DNA of 64,000 nt. Source: a virus. Shown here in pieces: positions 35,083 through 44,826 of this stretch. Made by a program: the position numbers and the translations under genes. Numbering within the stretch: position 1 is the first letter of the stretch; every line of letters begins with the position of its first letter. The notes below the pieces were generated by a model. That model saw nothing but the letters and a program-made list of their open reading frames with translations, ran no database searches and was not told the DNA's origin. The stretch is from IMG/VR virus record IMGVR_UViG_3300037882_001264, positions 38,810 to 102,809 of that record. The stretch is one strand, 5' to 3'.

Positions 35083-35229
35083 TCAGGCCTCCTGCTCTTC
35101 TTCGCGGTTCTCTGCGTCGAGAGCCTGCTGGTCGGCCTGTGTCCAGGCGACAGTCGCAGTCTTCGCCGTGGACTCAGTCTCCCCTTCGGTGCCGAGGATC
35201 TCCCCGACGCCATGCTTGCGGAACGCCAC
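35083..35229 (-). CDS. 48-aa acidic protein (below ORF-track cutoff)
   Basis: GAGGAGG RBS and GTG start; MAFRKHGVGEILGTEGETESTAKTATVAWTQADQQALDAENREEEQEA; fills the gap exactly. Confidence 0.65.
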   Translation of the reverse strand: MAFRKHGVGEILGTEGETESTAKTATVAWTQADQQALDAENREEEQEA

Positions 35230-35230
35230 G

Positions 35231-36340
35231 CTAGTTCACCTCCTCACAGTCACCATCGTGTGCTGCTGCCCCACAACCGTAGCAGAGCAGCCTCTTGGGC
35301 GGTGACCAGATAGGGAACGGGACTGCATTCTCGACCAGGTGGAGCGCGGTGGCGTCGCTCACGTCAGCGGGATCTGCGGCCCAGGGGCTCTCCACGACGC
35401 GCACGTTGGTGTAGGGCATGAGGCGCTCTCCGGCGCCCGGGATGTGCTGCTTGCCCTCGCCCAGACCGAGCATGGCGTTCCAGCCAGCCTCGTCGTTGTC
35501 GAGCCAGAAGATGACCTCGTCGTACCCCTTGAGGATCTCGAACTGACCGTCTGCGATGCCAGCACCGAACGTACCGCCCATCTCGGGGATGCAGTGGTAC
35601 TTGCTCAGCACACTCATTGGGGACTCGACCACGACGATGCGCCGACGGTCCTTGGGCTGGTTGTAGATGACGCGGTCGGCAGGGAAGTCTGGGCTGTTCT
35701 TGTACTTGACGGTGCCGTCATCCATGAGTCGCCGCGACTGCCAGCCAACCAGTTTGCCCTTCCAGATGACGGGGATGATGATCCGCTCGCTGGTGGGTTC
35801 CTCCTTGCCCATGAAGTACTCAGGGGCGTAGCCGATGTTGAAGTGCTTGTACGTCTCGACCGGGATCCCGCGACCGCCCTCGGAGACTGGGTCAGTCATG
35901 TAGGGGTGGATCACGCGCCACGGAGTCAGGACGTCCATCGAGTAGTTCGGGATCGCCTTGACCTCTGCGGGAGGCGTCGCGTAGAGGGCGTCGAAGAAGC
36001 GCAGCAGGTTCGCCAACTCCATGACGTGACCGTCGGTGCCGGTCTCCTTGCTGAGCCACTTGCGAGCCTCGTTCTGCCCCTCGCCACGAAGTTCAGCGAT
36101 GAACCAGAGGAGTCCACCCCGTGCCCCACAGCCCAGGCAGCGGAACGTCAACTTGCGGTAGTTGAGCGCCGCTGTCGGGTTGCGCGCTTGGTCCTGGTGA
36201 TTGCCGAAGGGGCACGGGATGATCAACTCGTGGCGCAGCGAGACGACCTGTGAGATGTCGATGCTGAACTCGTCCAGCAGCGACTTGCACAGGTTCTCCT
36301 TCTCGCTGTCCGGGAGCATCGCCGGAGCGAAGGTGCTCAT
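35231..36340 (-). CDS. DNA primase (DnaG-like)
   Basis: CPF..H...CLGC zinc finger; RIIIPV, KYKNSP; TOPRIM VVESPMS and WLDNDEAG. Confidence 0.9.
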   Translation of the reverse strand: MSTFAPAMLPDSEKENLCKSLLDEFSIDISQVVSLRHELIIPCPFGNHQDQARNPTAALNYRKLTFRCLGCGARGGLLWFIAELRGEGQNEARKWLSKETGTDGHVMELANLLRFFDALYATPPAEVKAIPNYSMDVLTPWRVIHPYMTDPVSEGGRGIPVETYKHFNIGYAPEYFMGKEEPTSERIIIPVIWKGKLVGWQSRRLMDDGTVKYKNSPDFPADRVIYNQPKDRRRIVVVESPMSVLSKYHCIPEMGGTFGAGIADGQFEILKGYDEVIFWLDNDEAGWNAMLGLGEGKQHIPGAGERLMPYTNVRVVESPWAADPADVSDATALHLVENAVPFPIWSPPKRLLCYGCGAAAHDGDCEEVN

Positions 36341-36513
36341 CCGGCGTCCATGCGGGACTTGCCCCAGTCGTAGTCGTGCACATCGTCAGCATCGAGGATG
36401 TCGTTCGATGCGTAGATGTCCGGGATCCCCGTGTCGTCCTTCTCGCAGGAGACACAGAGCCCTAGGTCGCCGACCCGGCAGACCCTGCCACAGTTCTCGC
36501 AGTTCTCCCTCAT
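36337..36513 (-). CDS. Small Zn-finger protein
   Basis: ATG 36513; CENC...LCVSC; ATGA overlaps on both sides. Confidence 0.6.
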   Translation of the reverse strand: MRENCENCGRVCRVGDLGLCVSCEKDDTGIPDIYASNDILDADDVHDYDWGKSRMDAG

Positions 36514-38786
36514 ACCTCGCACGACCCCGCAAAGCACGCCAACTCGTGGGTGGCAGTGGTCATGTCCTCCAACTCGTACCGGTAGATGCGAGAGAAGTCG
36601 ATCGAGGGGAACGCAGCCACGCGGCTGTTGTACTCGTCCTCCGTGATCTCGGTGTAGGGCAACTGCTCGTACTGGGCATCGTCGAGGGGGAGGAACGACA
36701 GACCACCGACCTGCTCACGGTGCTCCCAGACCCACTTGATGATGTCGAGCAACTCGTCCGGGGCGTAGGAGACGGTGCAGGACGGGTTGTGCTCCGTCCA
36801 GTTCTCCTTGGCCATGAGCCAGTACTCCAGTTGCGCGATGGCGTTCATGTCACGCCGGAGGATAGCCCCCTCGGGCGACTTCATCGGGAAGGGGATCACC
36901 CAGGTGCGGCAGTCGTCCACGGTCTGCCCGTTCTCGGGGTTCATCGGGACACCCTGCTCGCGCAGCGCACGGGCTACCGGGGAGGTCGCTGCGACGCGCA
37001 TGTTGCGAACCAGAAAGGCCGAGTGGCGAGCGTGGATCCCGTTCGCGACGTCGAGGAACTGCGAGGAGTTGCCGCCCGGCTTGTCGGTGGTCACGGCAGC
37101 CGAGGGGTTGATCTTCAGCAGCGCGGCGGTCGCCTCGTTGACCTCAACCGCGTAGGCCTTCATCAACTTCATGACCTCGGGGTCGCGGATCACGGGGCAG
37201 TCCTGCTGGCCGGTGATGTCGACACCGAGCAGGCGCTCCTCGATCGCGTTCTGGACCCACTCGTCACGCATGCCGGGGAAGTTCGTCGCGAGGCTCTGGA
37301 TCGTGCCGATGATCGCGGCGATCTCGACCTTCTCCTTGAGCGTCTCGATGGTGTCATCGACACGGCCGACAGCGATCGAGAGGTTGCACAGGCCGTAGGG
37401 GCGCAGGTTGATCTCGCCACACGGGTTCGTGCCGAAGCGGGCCTTCTTGCGGCGCGAGGGGCGGTTGCGGACGGCGTTCTCTCGCGAGAAGATGCCGGGC
37501 TCACCACGCTGCCCCTTGTCCATGTCCAGCATCTGCTGGATGAGGTCCTGCTGCGTCAGGTCCTCGGGCCAGACGGCCGAGTTGTTCGCGTTCCAGCGCA
37601 CTGGGTTCTGGTCGAGTGCGATGCCCGTCTTGCACTCGCGCATCTCGCGGTCGTCCCAGTCGAACAGGGCGATCATGGCAGTGCGACGGACGCCACCCTG
37701 GACGGCAGCATCGCCGACGTGGCACATGATGTCGTGGGCGTCGATGGGGCGCAGGAAGGTGCCCTGGCGCTTGAGGATGATGCCACGGATGGCGCCGAGC
37801 ATCGCGCGCAAGGGATCGGGCCCAGAGGCGCGGCCACCCTTGCGACGCAGCGGCAGACCCGCCCGACGGATGCCGTCATAGCCGAAGGTGATGTCCTCAC
37901 CGGACATCCACTTGGACAGGCCCAGGCGGAGGGCCTCGACCCACCCCTCAGTCGAGTCCTCGATGTCGAGGTGCTCGACGACCTGGCGCTTCTTCTGGCG
38001 ACGGACCCGAGAGAACTGGTCGACGTAATCCGACTCGACCGAGTAGCCCACGCCGCAGCCGGACATCGAGAGCAGCATCGCCTCGCAGAACGCCTCAGTG
38101 TCGCTGACGGGGAGGTAGGAGCAGTTGTAGATCGCGAGGCTGTTCTCGCGCGCATAGTCACCCGCTGTGGCGAGGAGGCGCATCGAGGGCATGGCTCGCA
38201 TGCCGAGGATCGCATCGTGGATCCGGTCGAAGGTGCTGTCGGGGAGCGAGCCCTCTGCACCGTCGGCCAACTCCTTGAGGAAGTCGACCGTCCTGTCGAC
38301 CGTCTCGATCCAGGTCTCACGGCGACCGAGTTCGTAGGAGTAGCGGGAGTACTTGTCGAAGAAGGTGAACTGCTGCGCATCGGTGGGGAAGTGGAGCGCC
38401 GCCTCGTCGAACGCGGCCTTCACGTCATCAGGGACCGGGCGCAACTTGCGCTCCTGCGCGTGCTGCTCGCGGTAGAGGATGAAGCGCCGAGCAGCCTCGA
38501 ACTCGCCGCTCGACTGGAGCGCGTACTCGACAGCATCCTGCACAGCCTCGATGCTCGGCGTGCTGCCATTGGCGAAGCGCGCGGAGACAGCGAACGCTGC
38601 CTGGACGGCGATGTCATCTGCGCCAACCGTCGGCGTGGACTCGCACTCGGCGTAACAGCGCAAGACTGCGCCCTCGATGCGTGTGACGTCGAACGGAGCC
38701 AGACGGCCATCCCTCTTCTGCACCTGCTCAGGTACCGAGAGCCCAGCCTTCTCGATCTGCCACGCCACCTTGCTCTTGTTGACCAC
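36510..38786 (-). CDS. nrdJ: Class II (adenosylcobalamin) ribonucleoside-triphosphate reductase with ATP cone
   Basis: VQKRDG ATP cone; YNCSY, GCGVG, GGVRRTA, GTNPCGEI.L...LCNL, KPGGN, EHNPSCT; C-terminal AC..G.CEV. No NrdB gene nearby. Confidence 0.92.
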   Translation of the reverse strand: MVNKSKVAWQIEKAGLSVPEQVQKRDGRLAPFDVTRIEGAVLRCYAECESTPTVGADDIAVQAAFAVSARFANGSTPSIEAVQDAVEYALQSSGEFEAARRFILYREQHAQERKLRPVPDDVKAAFDEAALHFPTDAQQFTFFDKYSRYSYELGRRETWIETVDRTVDFLKELADGAEGSLPDSTFDRIHDAILGMRAMPSMRLLATAGDYARENSLAIYNCSYLPVSDTEAFCEAMLLSMSGCGVGYSVESDYVDQFSRVRRQKKRQVVEHLDIEDSTEGWVEALRLGLSKWMSGEDITFGYDGIRRAGLPLRRKGGRASGPDPLRAMLGAIRGIILKRQGTFLRPIDAHDIMCHVGDAAVQGGVRRTAMIALFDWDDREMRECKTGIALDQNPVRWNANNSAVWPEDLTQQDLIQQMLDMDKGQRGEPGIFSRENAVRNRPSRRKKARFGTNPCGEINLRPYGLCNLSIAVGRVDDTIETLKEKVEIAAIIGTIQSLATNFPGMRDEWVQNAIEERLLGVDITGQQDCPVIRDPEVMKLMKAYAVEVNEATAALLKINPSAAVTTDKPGGNSSQFLDVANGIHARHSAFLVRNMRVAATSPVARALREQGVPMNPENGQTVDDCRTWVIPFPMKSPEGAILRRDMNAIAQLEYWLMAKENWTEHNPSCTVSYAPDELLDIIKWVWEHREQVGGLSFLPLDDAQYEQLPYTEITEDEYNSRVAAFPSIDFSRIYRYELEDMTTATHELACFAGSCEV

Positions 38787-38827
38787 GGTTGTACTTCCCC
38801 TCTTGGTTGATGCGACGGTAGTGCTGG

Positions 38828-40132
38828 TCACCTGACCTCGACCTCTCTCATTGCGTTGATATGGCCACTGGCCGGGCGCCAGTCCATGTCCCACGACTTC
38901 AGATCTTCACGGCGAGCCGCAAGGACCTGGAGCGTGGCTTGATTCGCCTCCCGCTGGAGGTGACTCTGGTACAGGCCGAAGACCCAGTCGGCAGTGCGCT
39001 CGACGTCGGACCCCTCAGCCAGCATGTACATCTCCAGGTAGCCGGTCTTCTCGGCTGCCTTCATGCCCTCGCGGTTGACCTGGTGAGCGAGCATGCAGGG
39101 CATCTGCTCGCGACCACTGGAGATGTTGATCTTGAAGCCCTGCATGAGGTCGCGGACGATCTCGTAGCGGGGCTTGTTGCGCGGGTTGGGGTGCTGGACG
39201 AACGTCAACTGGTCGACGAACAGCGAGTCCGCCCCGAGCATCTGAGCCTGCCGGTAGATCTGGTCCGGCGTGCGCATCGAGTCCTGGGGGCTGATGATGT
39301 GGAGCCGGTCCTTCAACTTCGGCAACTCATCCTCGCGGTACCACTCCATGCGCTGCTTCTCGTCATCGGTCAGCAGACCACGCTGCCAGGCGCGGCCATC
39401 GATGCCCAGCGCGAAGCAGATGATGCGGCCGACTGTCATCTCGACGCTGTTTTCCAGCGTGAAGAGGACTGCGCGGCGACCCTGCTGCGCGTTGCGGAGC
39501 GCGAGCGCGTCCAGGAAGAACGACTTACCCGTCTTCGGGCCAGCGGCCAGGACAGCGAGTTCGCCGTCGTGGATGCCGTAGGTGTGGTTGTCGATCAGCG
39601 GCATCTCGAAGGTCATACCGCGCTTGCTCAGGCCTGCTGACTCACGACCGTTGTAGTCAGCCAGCGCCTGGTCGAACCCGCTGACGAACTCCTCGGTCTG
39701 TCGGCGTGGCTGCAAGCCCGATGCGATGTCGAAGAGCGTGCCCATCTGCTCAGTGAGAGCGTTCAGGCGATCCGGGGGCGCGGCCGAGGCCATCGCCATG
39801 CCAGCGTCGCGCTGCCACTGCTGGAACGTGTAGTGCACGTACTGGCTCTTGAGGTGGTCAACCGCCCAGGAGATGGTGTCGACCTGCTCGCTCTCGTCGG
39901 GCAGGTCGATCTTGGCGTCCTCCAGGGCAACGCCCCAGACGTCCACCAGCGCCTCGCGCGAGGGGGCGTGCGTCCGGCCAGACTCGAAGTAGCGGTTGAT
40001 CGCCCACTCGACGACGGGGCGGATCTCCTCAGTGGGAATGCACTCGGGCGGAAGACCTTCCTTGACCAGCGTCTCGATGTCGTCGGTCTCGGTGAGGGCG
40101 GCGAGCAGTGAGATCTCTGCGGGGCTGCTCAT
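38828..40132 (-). CDS. dnaB: DnaB-like replicative helicase
   Basis: GELAVLAAGPKTGKS, FTLENS, FVDQL, HQVNRE, E.TADWV. Confidence 0.9.
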   Translation of the reverse strand: MSSPAEISLLAALTETDDIETLVKEGLPPECIPTEEIRPVVEWAINRYFESGRTHAPSREALVDVWGVALEDAKIDLPDESEQVDTISWAVDHLKSQYVHYTFQQWQRDAGMAMASAAPPDRLNALTEQMGTLFDIASGLQPRRQTEEFVSGFDQALADYNGRESAGLSKRGMTFEMPLIDNHTYGIHDGELAVLAAGPKTGKSFFLDALALRNAQQGRRAVLFTLENSVEMTVGRIICFALGIDGRAWQRGLLTDDEKQRMEWYREDELPKLKDRLHIISPQDSMRTPDQIYRQAQMLGADSLFVDQLTFVQHPNPRNKPRYEIVRDLMQGFKINISSGREQMPCMLAHQVNREGMKAAEKTGYLEMYMLAEGSDVERTADWVFGLYQSHLQREANQATLQVLAARREDLKSWDMDWRPASGHINAMREVEVR

Positions 40133-40965
40133 CCGAGCACCACCGGTCGGGTGATGCCCTGCCGGTACTCCTGCCGGGTCCGCTCGCCGAGGTCGGTGTT
40201 GCGGAAGTCAGCACCGAAGAGGCGGATGAACTCCGAGCCGCCCACGAGGCGCGAGAAGATCGGACCTCCGTACCCGTCCTTGAGCCGCTCGGGCGTGAGG
40301 TTCGTGGTGATGATGGTGGGCAGGGATGCGTTGATCCGCGCCTGGATGACGACGTCGACACTGTCCATCACAGCGCCGCTGCGATTCTTGTGCTCACGGC
40401 CGACGTCGTCGATGACCAGCACCTGGGTGGTCATCGCAGTACGGTGGAACCAGTCGCGCTCGTCCTTGCTGCTCCATCCTGCGGCGAAGTCGTCGAGGAA
40501 CGAGGTGAAGGTGAAGAAGTGGCCGGTGTAGCCGAGGGAGAGGATACGCTTGAGAATCAACAGGGCGAGCAGAGTCTTCCCCACGCCCGTGTCTCCGTAG
40601 AGCACGAGCCCGCGCCCCGAGGTGACGTTGAAGGGGACGTCGTCGATGTAGTCAGCGATCTGCTGCATGACCGAGACATCTACGTGCGTCACGTCGCCCC
40701 ACGAGAGGCGCTGCCCTTCCCAGTTGATCCCGGCGTTTAGCAGCCAGAGGTGCATGACCATCTGGTCGATGCACGAGCAGTCGAACTCGGCGATCTCGCG
40801 ACTCGCGGTGTAGCCGAGGAACCACCCCTTGCCGGTGCAGACACGGCAGGGCTGCGACTTAGTGCACCAGAGGCTCGTGTCACGAGTCTTGAGGCGTTCG
40901 AGTTCGGTGTTGCTGATCAAGCGCACCGCTGGGTTCAGCGGCTGCATCTTGAGGCGGGTCATCAT
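40129..40965 (-). CDS. DnaC-like helicase loader ATPase
   Basis: CRVC.GKG...CSC, GDTGVGKT, LVIDDVG, TIITTNL, IFSRL. Confidence 0.9.
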   Translation of the reverse strand: MMTRLKMQPLNPAVRLISNTELERLKTRDTSLWCTKSQPCRVCTGKGWFLGYTASREIAEFDCSCIDQMVMHLWLLNAGINWEGQRLSWGDVTHVDVSVMQQIADYIDDVPFNVTSGRGLVLYGDTGVGKTLLALLILKRILSLGYTGHFFTFTSFLDDFAAGWSSKDERDWFHRTAMTTQVLVIDDVGREHKNRSGAVMDSVDVVIQARINASLPTIITTNLTPERLKDGYGGPIFSRLVGGSEFIRLFGADFRNTDLGERTRQEYRQGITRPVVLG

Positions 40966-41001
40966 GCTCCTGTCAGAGTCAGTGGGTGTCTTGGTCGTTG
41001 T

Positions 41002-41406
41002 CTACCAGCGTCCAGCGATGACCTCGCTGAAGTAGGGATCGCTGTTCTTGCAGAAGCGGTTCACGGTCACGGGCTTACCCTGCCAGTTCCCGTCGTAGAT
41101 GTCAAACACCGTCGTCGCGATACGGTGAGCATCACTGCCCCAGCGACCGAAGAACGACTTGAAGATGCCGGACTCCTTGATGACGTTGCGGTCCTGCACG
41201 CCGTGGCGCTGCTCGATCTCGAAGACGACGTAGTCGCGCAGATCGGACCAGGTCCAGGTGGACGGATCCTTGCTGAGGTACCCCGTGCGACGCGATGCGA
41301 CAGGGGTCGAGCGGGGCGCTTCGTTGATGACGACAGCGGCTCCGACTTGCTCACCATTGATGATGACCGGCTTGCCGGGAACGATCACGATGTCGTCAAG
41401 TAGCAC
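41002..41406 (-). CDS. Hypothetical protein (possible replication initiation factor)
   Basis: GTG 41406 after GAAGGAG; first gene of the DnaC/DnaB operon. Confidence 0.65.
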   Translation of the reverse strand: MLLDDIVIVPGKPVIINGEQVGAAVVINEAPRSTPVASRRTGYLSKDPSTWTWSDLRDYVVFEIEQRHGVQDRNVIKESGIFKSFFGRWGSDAHRIATTVFDIYDGNWQGKPVTVNRFCKNSDPYFSEVIAGRW

Positions 41407-41511
41407 TGGATGCTCCTTCTCTGGGTAGGTCAATGGTAGCGCTCGCAGGGTGATCTTGAGCCACCCCCTCAGCACTGTCGAGGGGGGTCTTGGAGCATCT
41501 TCTGGGGCCCT

Positions 41512-41540
41512 AGGTTAGTGCCCGGAGCCGCAGGAATCAA
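41512..41540 (-). promoter_or_regulatory. SigA-like promoter TTGATT-N17-TAACCT
   Basis: Intergenic, upstream of the replication operon. Confidence 0.55.
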
Positions 41541-41549
41541 GCCGAAGGG

Positions 41550-42161
41550 TCAGTACCAGCCCTTGCCCTGGAAGGCCGACCAAGCGCCGCACGGCGTGCC
41601 ATAACGGCTCTTGATGTACTTGAGCCCCCACTTGATCTGCGTCTTGTAGTTGGTGCGCCAGTCAGCACCGGCAGACGCCATCTTCGATCCTGGCAACGCC
41701 TGCGGGATGCCGTAGGCCCGACCATTGGACGTCATGGAGCCGGTAGCCGTGGTGCGCCAGTTGGACTCTCGGTCCCACAACTTGACCAGGCAGCCGAACT
41801 GCGATGCGGGGACGAGGGACTTGGCGTAGGCCTGCGCGACGCCCTTAGGTGCCGGTGAGCCAACGGAGGCTGAGGAGCGCTGCCTCTTGCGCTCGACCTT
41901 CTTGGCTGCGGCTGCCTCACGCTTGGCCTTGGCAGCAGCGGCCTGGCGAGCCTTGACCTTGGCGAGGCGCTCGGCGCGCTCCTTGGCTGCGCGATCGGCT
42001 GCACGAGATGCTCGCTCCAGCAGCGAGTCACTGACGCGAGCATCGATGATGGCCTGCTGGGCAGACGTGGGTGCAGACGGCACTGTCGTGGTGACCGGTG
42101 TGGCCAGCAGTGCGGGTAGAACGAACAGCGGAGTCGCTGCGAACATATGGATGCGCTTCAT
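41550..42161 (-). CDS. Secreted lytic transglycosylase (SLT / aggregation-promoting-factor-like)
   Basis: Signal-peptide-like N-terminus and Ala/Lys linker; QFGCLVKLWDRESNW, AYGIPQALPG, TQIKWGLKYIKSRYGTPCGAW...GWY. Confidence 0.88.
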   Translation of the reverse strand: MKRIHMFAATPLFVLPALLATPVTTTVPSAPTSAQQAIIDARVSDSLLERASRAADRAAKERAERLAKVKARQAAAAKAKREAAAAKKVERKRQRSSASVGSPAPKGVAQAYAKSLVPASQFGCLVKLWDRESNWRTTATGSMTSNGRAYGIPQALPGSKMASAGADWRTNYKTQIKWGLKYIKSRYGTPCGAWSAFQGKGWY

Positions 42162-42236
42162 CCCGGGGTCCTCTCGTTGCGCAAACGTGGCGGCGTTGCA
42201 TGGCGAGCCTCGACCCTGGATGAGCCGAACTCAGAT

Positions 42237-43145
42237 TCAGTTATCCGTCAAGTGTACCCCATCGCTCCACAGAGATCCAGCGTAGACCTTCGATAGGACT
42301 GACTTCATGTTGAAAGTCAGGAGGAACTGGACAAGTTCCTCTTGCAGCGCAGACCCCAACTTAGTGGGATCAAACGGGGGCGGCGGGGGCAGAATGAGGC
42401 CGTCTACGGGGACCCTCAGATCGACCAGCCGCAGGTTGGTGTTGACCCGCGCCATGTGGGGAGTGACGCGCTCGTCCTCGATGCGCTCAAGCGAGCCCCC
42501 AGCAGCATGGAGGATCTTCACAGCCTTCTTCGGGCCGATCCCCTTGATGCCGATGACGTTGTCGCCAGCGTCGCCCATGAGCGCCATGACGTGCGGGATC
42601 CACTCGACCGGGCATCCGAAGTGCTCGGCTACGCGCTCTTCGTTCCAGCGGTCTGTGGGGGCCCCGTAGGATGACAGCCGCACCTGCTCGGTGCCATCGG
42701 TGAGCAGTTGCATGAAGTCCTTGTCGCTCGACAGGATGACGACGTCAGCCTTCCTGCGATAGAGCCACCAGTACCCGGCGATGATGTCGTCGCCCTCGAA
42801 GCCACGACGCTGGATCTGCATCAGCCCTGCCGTCGCGCAGAAGGCCTGCGCCATGTTGAAGGCGTCGCTCTTGCGATCGTTGTACTCCTGAGCGGCCTCA
42901 CCGTCGACCACGGCCGGACGGTTCGCCTTGTACTCGGGATCGACGCCCTGGCGCCATCGGAAGCCGGGTCCATCCCACGCGATGATGACGTGAGTCGGCT
43001 TCTCCTCGCGGATGTGCCCCGAGAGCGTGTTGATGAAGACGAGGAGCGCCCCCGTGTCCATGCCCTGGTGCGACATGGGGGAGCGCTCCGTCGCCATCAG
43101 CGCGCGGATGAGGAGGTTGCTGCCGTCGACCAGCAGGAGCCTCAT
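42237..43145 (-). CDS. 5'-3' exonuclease / flap endonuclease
   Basis: MRLLLVDGSNL, YKANR, FEGDDII, SSDKDFMQL, LMGDAGDNV.GIKGIGPKKA. Confidence 0.93.
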   Translation of the reverse strand: MRLLLVDGSNLLIRALMATERSPMSHQGMDTGALLVFINTLSGHIREEKPTHVIIAWDGPGFRWRQGVDPEYKANRPAVVDGEAAQEYNDRKSDAFNMAQAFCATAGLMQIQRRGFEGDDIIAGYWWLYRRKADVVILSSDKDFMQLLTDGTEQVRLSSYGAPTDRWNEERVAEHFGCPVEWIPHVMALMGDAGDNVIGIKGIGPKKAVKILHAAGGSLERIEDERVTPHMARVNTNLRLVDLRVPVDGLILPPPPPFDPTKLGSALQEELVQFLLTFNMKSVLSKVYAGSLWSDGVHLTDN

Positions 43146-44056
43146 GCGTTGTCCGGCGTCAGTAGGTACCACGAGTCCTCCATCCGGTAGCCACCGAAAC
43201 TCGCAGCAGCCGCATTGCAGTCCAGCCCGGTGACCAGGACCGCATGCCGGTCCCCTTGGCCGTTGGGCGGGAGGAGCATGCCGTCCTCGTACCGGTAGTG
43301 AAGGTGCCCATGGAAGACCCTCGCGGGCTCCAGGGCCTCGATCACGCGCTGGATGCGATCCTGGTTGGGGAAGCATTCGCTGAAGTCCTTGCGGTTCCAG
43401 CGAGGCTGAGACCGACGGGGCTTGTCATGGCAGAGCAGGACGTCGATCGGCTCGCCGTCGAGCGCCTCGGCGACCTCCTCCTCCGTGATCTCCTCTTCTG
43501 GCCACCAGAGCAGGGGCTTGCCGCTGAGGACTCGGACTGACCTAGCGGAAAGCCGAGCCACTGCGTCCTTGCCAGCCTGCTCCCGGCCAGCGAACTCAGC
43601 GCGAGCGGAGGCGCGAGCCTTGGCCTCGCCCCGCAGGCGAGGAGCCTTATCGATCGAGTACGCGCCGCCGAGCGCCATGAAGCGCTTGCCCCACCACTCC
43701 CATCGATGGGCGCGGGGGGCGTGGTACAGGCGGTTCCTCATGGCGACGAAGCCGTTCGAGGTCCGGGGCACCAGTGCGCTCTCGATGTACCGCTCGCGCA
43801 GCATGTCGTGAGCCTCGTGGTTTCCGTCCAGCCAGTAGACGTCGAGGTCGTACTGCTCGGCCAGATCCTCACAGCGGTCTAGGAAGGCACCCTTGTCCAT
43901 GTGCTCCCAGTAGCCAAAGTCGCCCAGCACGAAGATGGCCTGCGCTCCATTGCGCACAGCCGTCTGCATGAGGTACTCGATGTGCACAACGTCCCCGTGC
44001 GTATCCCCACAGAGTAGGACGGAACGCGGCTCGATCACCTGGACAGTCTCAATCAT
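43142..44056 (-). CDS. Calcineurin-like metallophosphoesterase
   Basis: GDTHG, LGDFG, DGNHE, CHDKP, FHGHLH. Confidence 0.9.
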   Translation of the reverse strand: MIETVQVIEPRSVLLCGDTHGDVVHIEYLMQTAVRNGAQAIFVLGDFGYWEHMDKGAFLDRCEDLAEQYDLDVYWLDGNHEAHDMLRERYIESALVPRTSNGFVAMRNRLYHAPRAHRWEWWGKRFMALGGAYSIDKAPRLRGEAKARASARAEFAGREQAGKDAVARLSARSVRVLSGKPLLWWPEEEITEEEVAEALDGEPIDVLLCHDKPRRSQPRWNRKDFSECFPNQDRIQRVIEALEPARVFHGHLHYRYEDGMLLPPNGQGDRHAVLVTGLDCNAAAASFGGYRMEDSWYLLTPDNA

Positions 44057-44065
44057 CTGCTCATC

Positions 44066-44689
44066 CTACCGGATCGCCGAAGATGTGGCAACCGCCGACA
44101 ACTCGCCGCGCGCACGGGTCAAGACGAAGTCCCCTGCCCACTTGCTCAGCATGACGCCCTTGTCCTCCCAGGCAGCCAGGGTGCTGTCGTTGTCGAGAAT
44201 GAGGTCGAACGACTCGTCGGGCAGCCCCCGGTCGGAGACGTGGTCGTTGATCGGGCCCACGCCGGGGCGCTTGACCTTGACCAGGACGCCCTTGCGCCCC
44301 TCGATCGCAGCAACCTCGTTGTCGAAGCGCATGTCGGTGACGACGTACTTGCCCTTGGGGTCGTAGTCCTTGAGTGCAGCGTCGACCCAGATGTCCTCGT
44401 AGAACAACTGGCGACCGACCTCGGTGCCCATCACCTGGAGCAGACGACGGATCTCCTCGTACTCGACCTTGGCTCGATCCCAGCCGATGCTGTCGACGAG
44501 CGACTGCACGCGCGTGATGACGATGCCTCGCTCGACGTCGATGTTGGCCGTGACGATTGGGTTGAGTCGGTAGACCGCCTCGCGGAGGATGTCAGCGAAG
44601 GCGATGCGGGTGTAGCCGAAGTCCTCGACCAGGATCTTGGCAAGGGAGTCCTTGCCAGACTGGGCGAAGCCGTGAAGGCCGATGATCAT
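44066..44689 (-). CDS. Deoxynucleoside monophosphate kinase
   Basis: IIGLHGFAQSGKD, AFAD, RRLLQVMGTEVGR, TDMRFDNE. Confidence 0.92.
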   Translation of the reverse strand: MIIGLHGFAQSGKDSLAKILVEDFGYTRIAFADILREAVYRLNPIVTANIDVERGIVITRVQSLVDSIGWDRAKVEYEEIRRLLQVMGTEVGRQLFYEDIWVDAALKDYDPKGKYVVTDMRFDNEVAAIEGRKGVLVKVKRPGVGPINDHVSDRGLPDESFDLILDNDSTLAAWEDKGVMLSKWAGDFVLTRARGELSAVATSSAIR

Positions 44690-44826
44690 GCGCTCTCCTC
44701 CGTCACGACGATGTCGGCGCCGACCTCGGTGTTGACGAGTTCGTCCTCATAGAAGTTCTCAAGATCGCTCTCGATCTGCCTCCATGCAGATCGAGGCATA
44801 CGGATCGTGACCTGCGGCTCGCTCAT
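44686..44826 (-). CDS. 46-aa acidic protein (below ORF-track cutoff)
   Basis: MSEPQVTIRMPRSAWRQIESDLENFYEDELVNTEVGADIVVTEESA; ATGA overlaps at both ends; GGAGGA RBS. Confidence 0.6.
   Translation of the reverse strand: MSEPQVTIRMPRSAWRQIESDLENFYEDELVNTEVGADIVVTEESA

Noticed and set aside
42162-42236. c-di-AMP (ydaO) riboswitch upstream of the transglycosylase
   Set aside because: The leader is too short, and the conserved ydaO segments are not recognisable.
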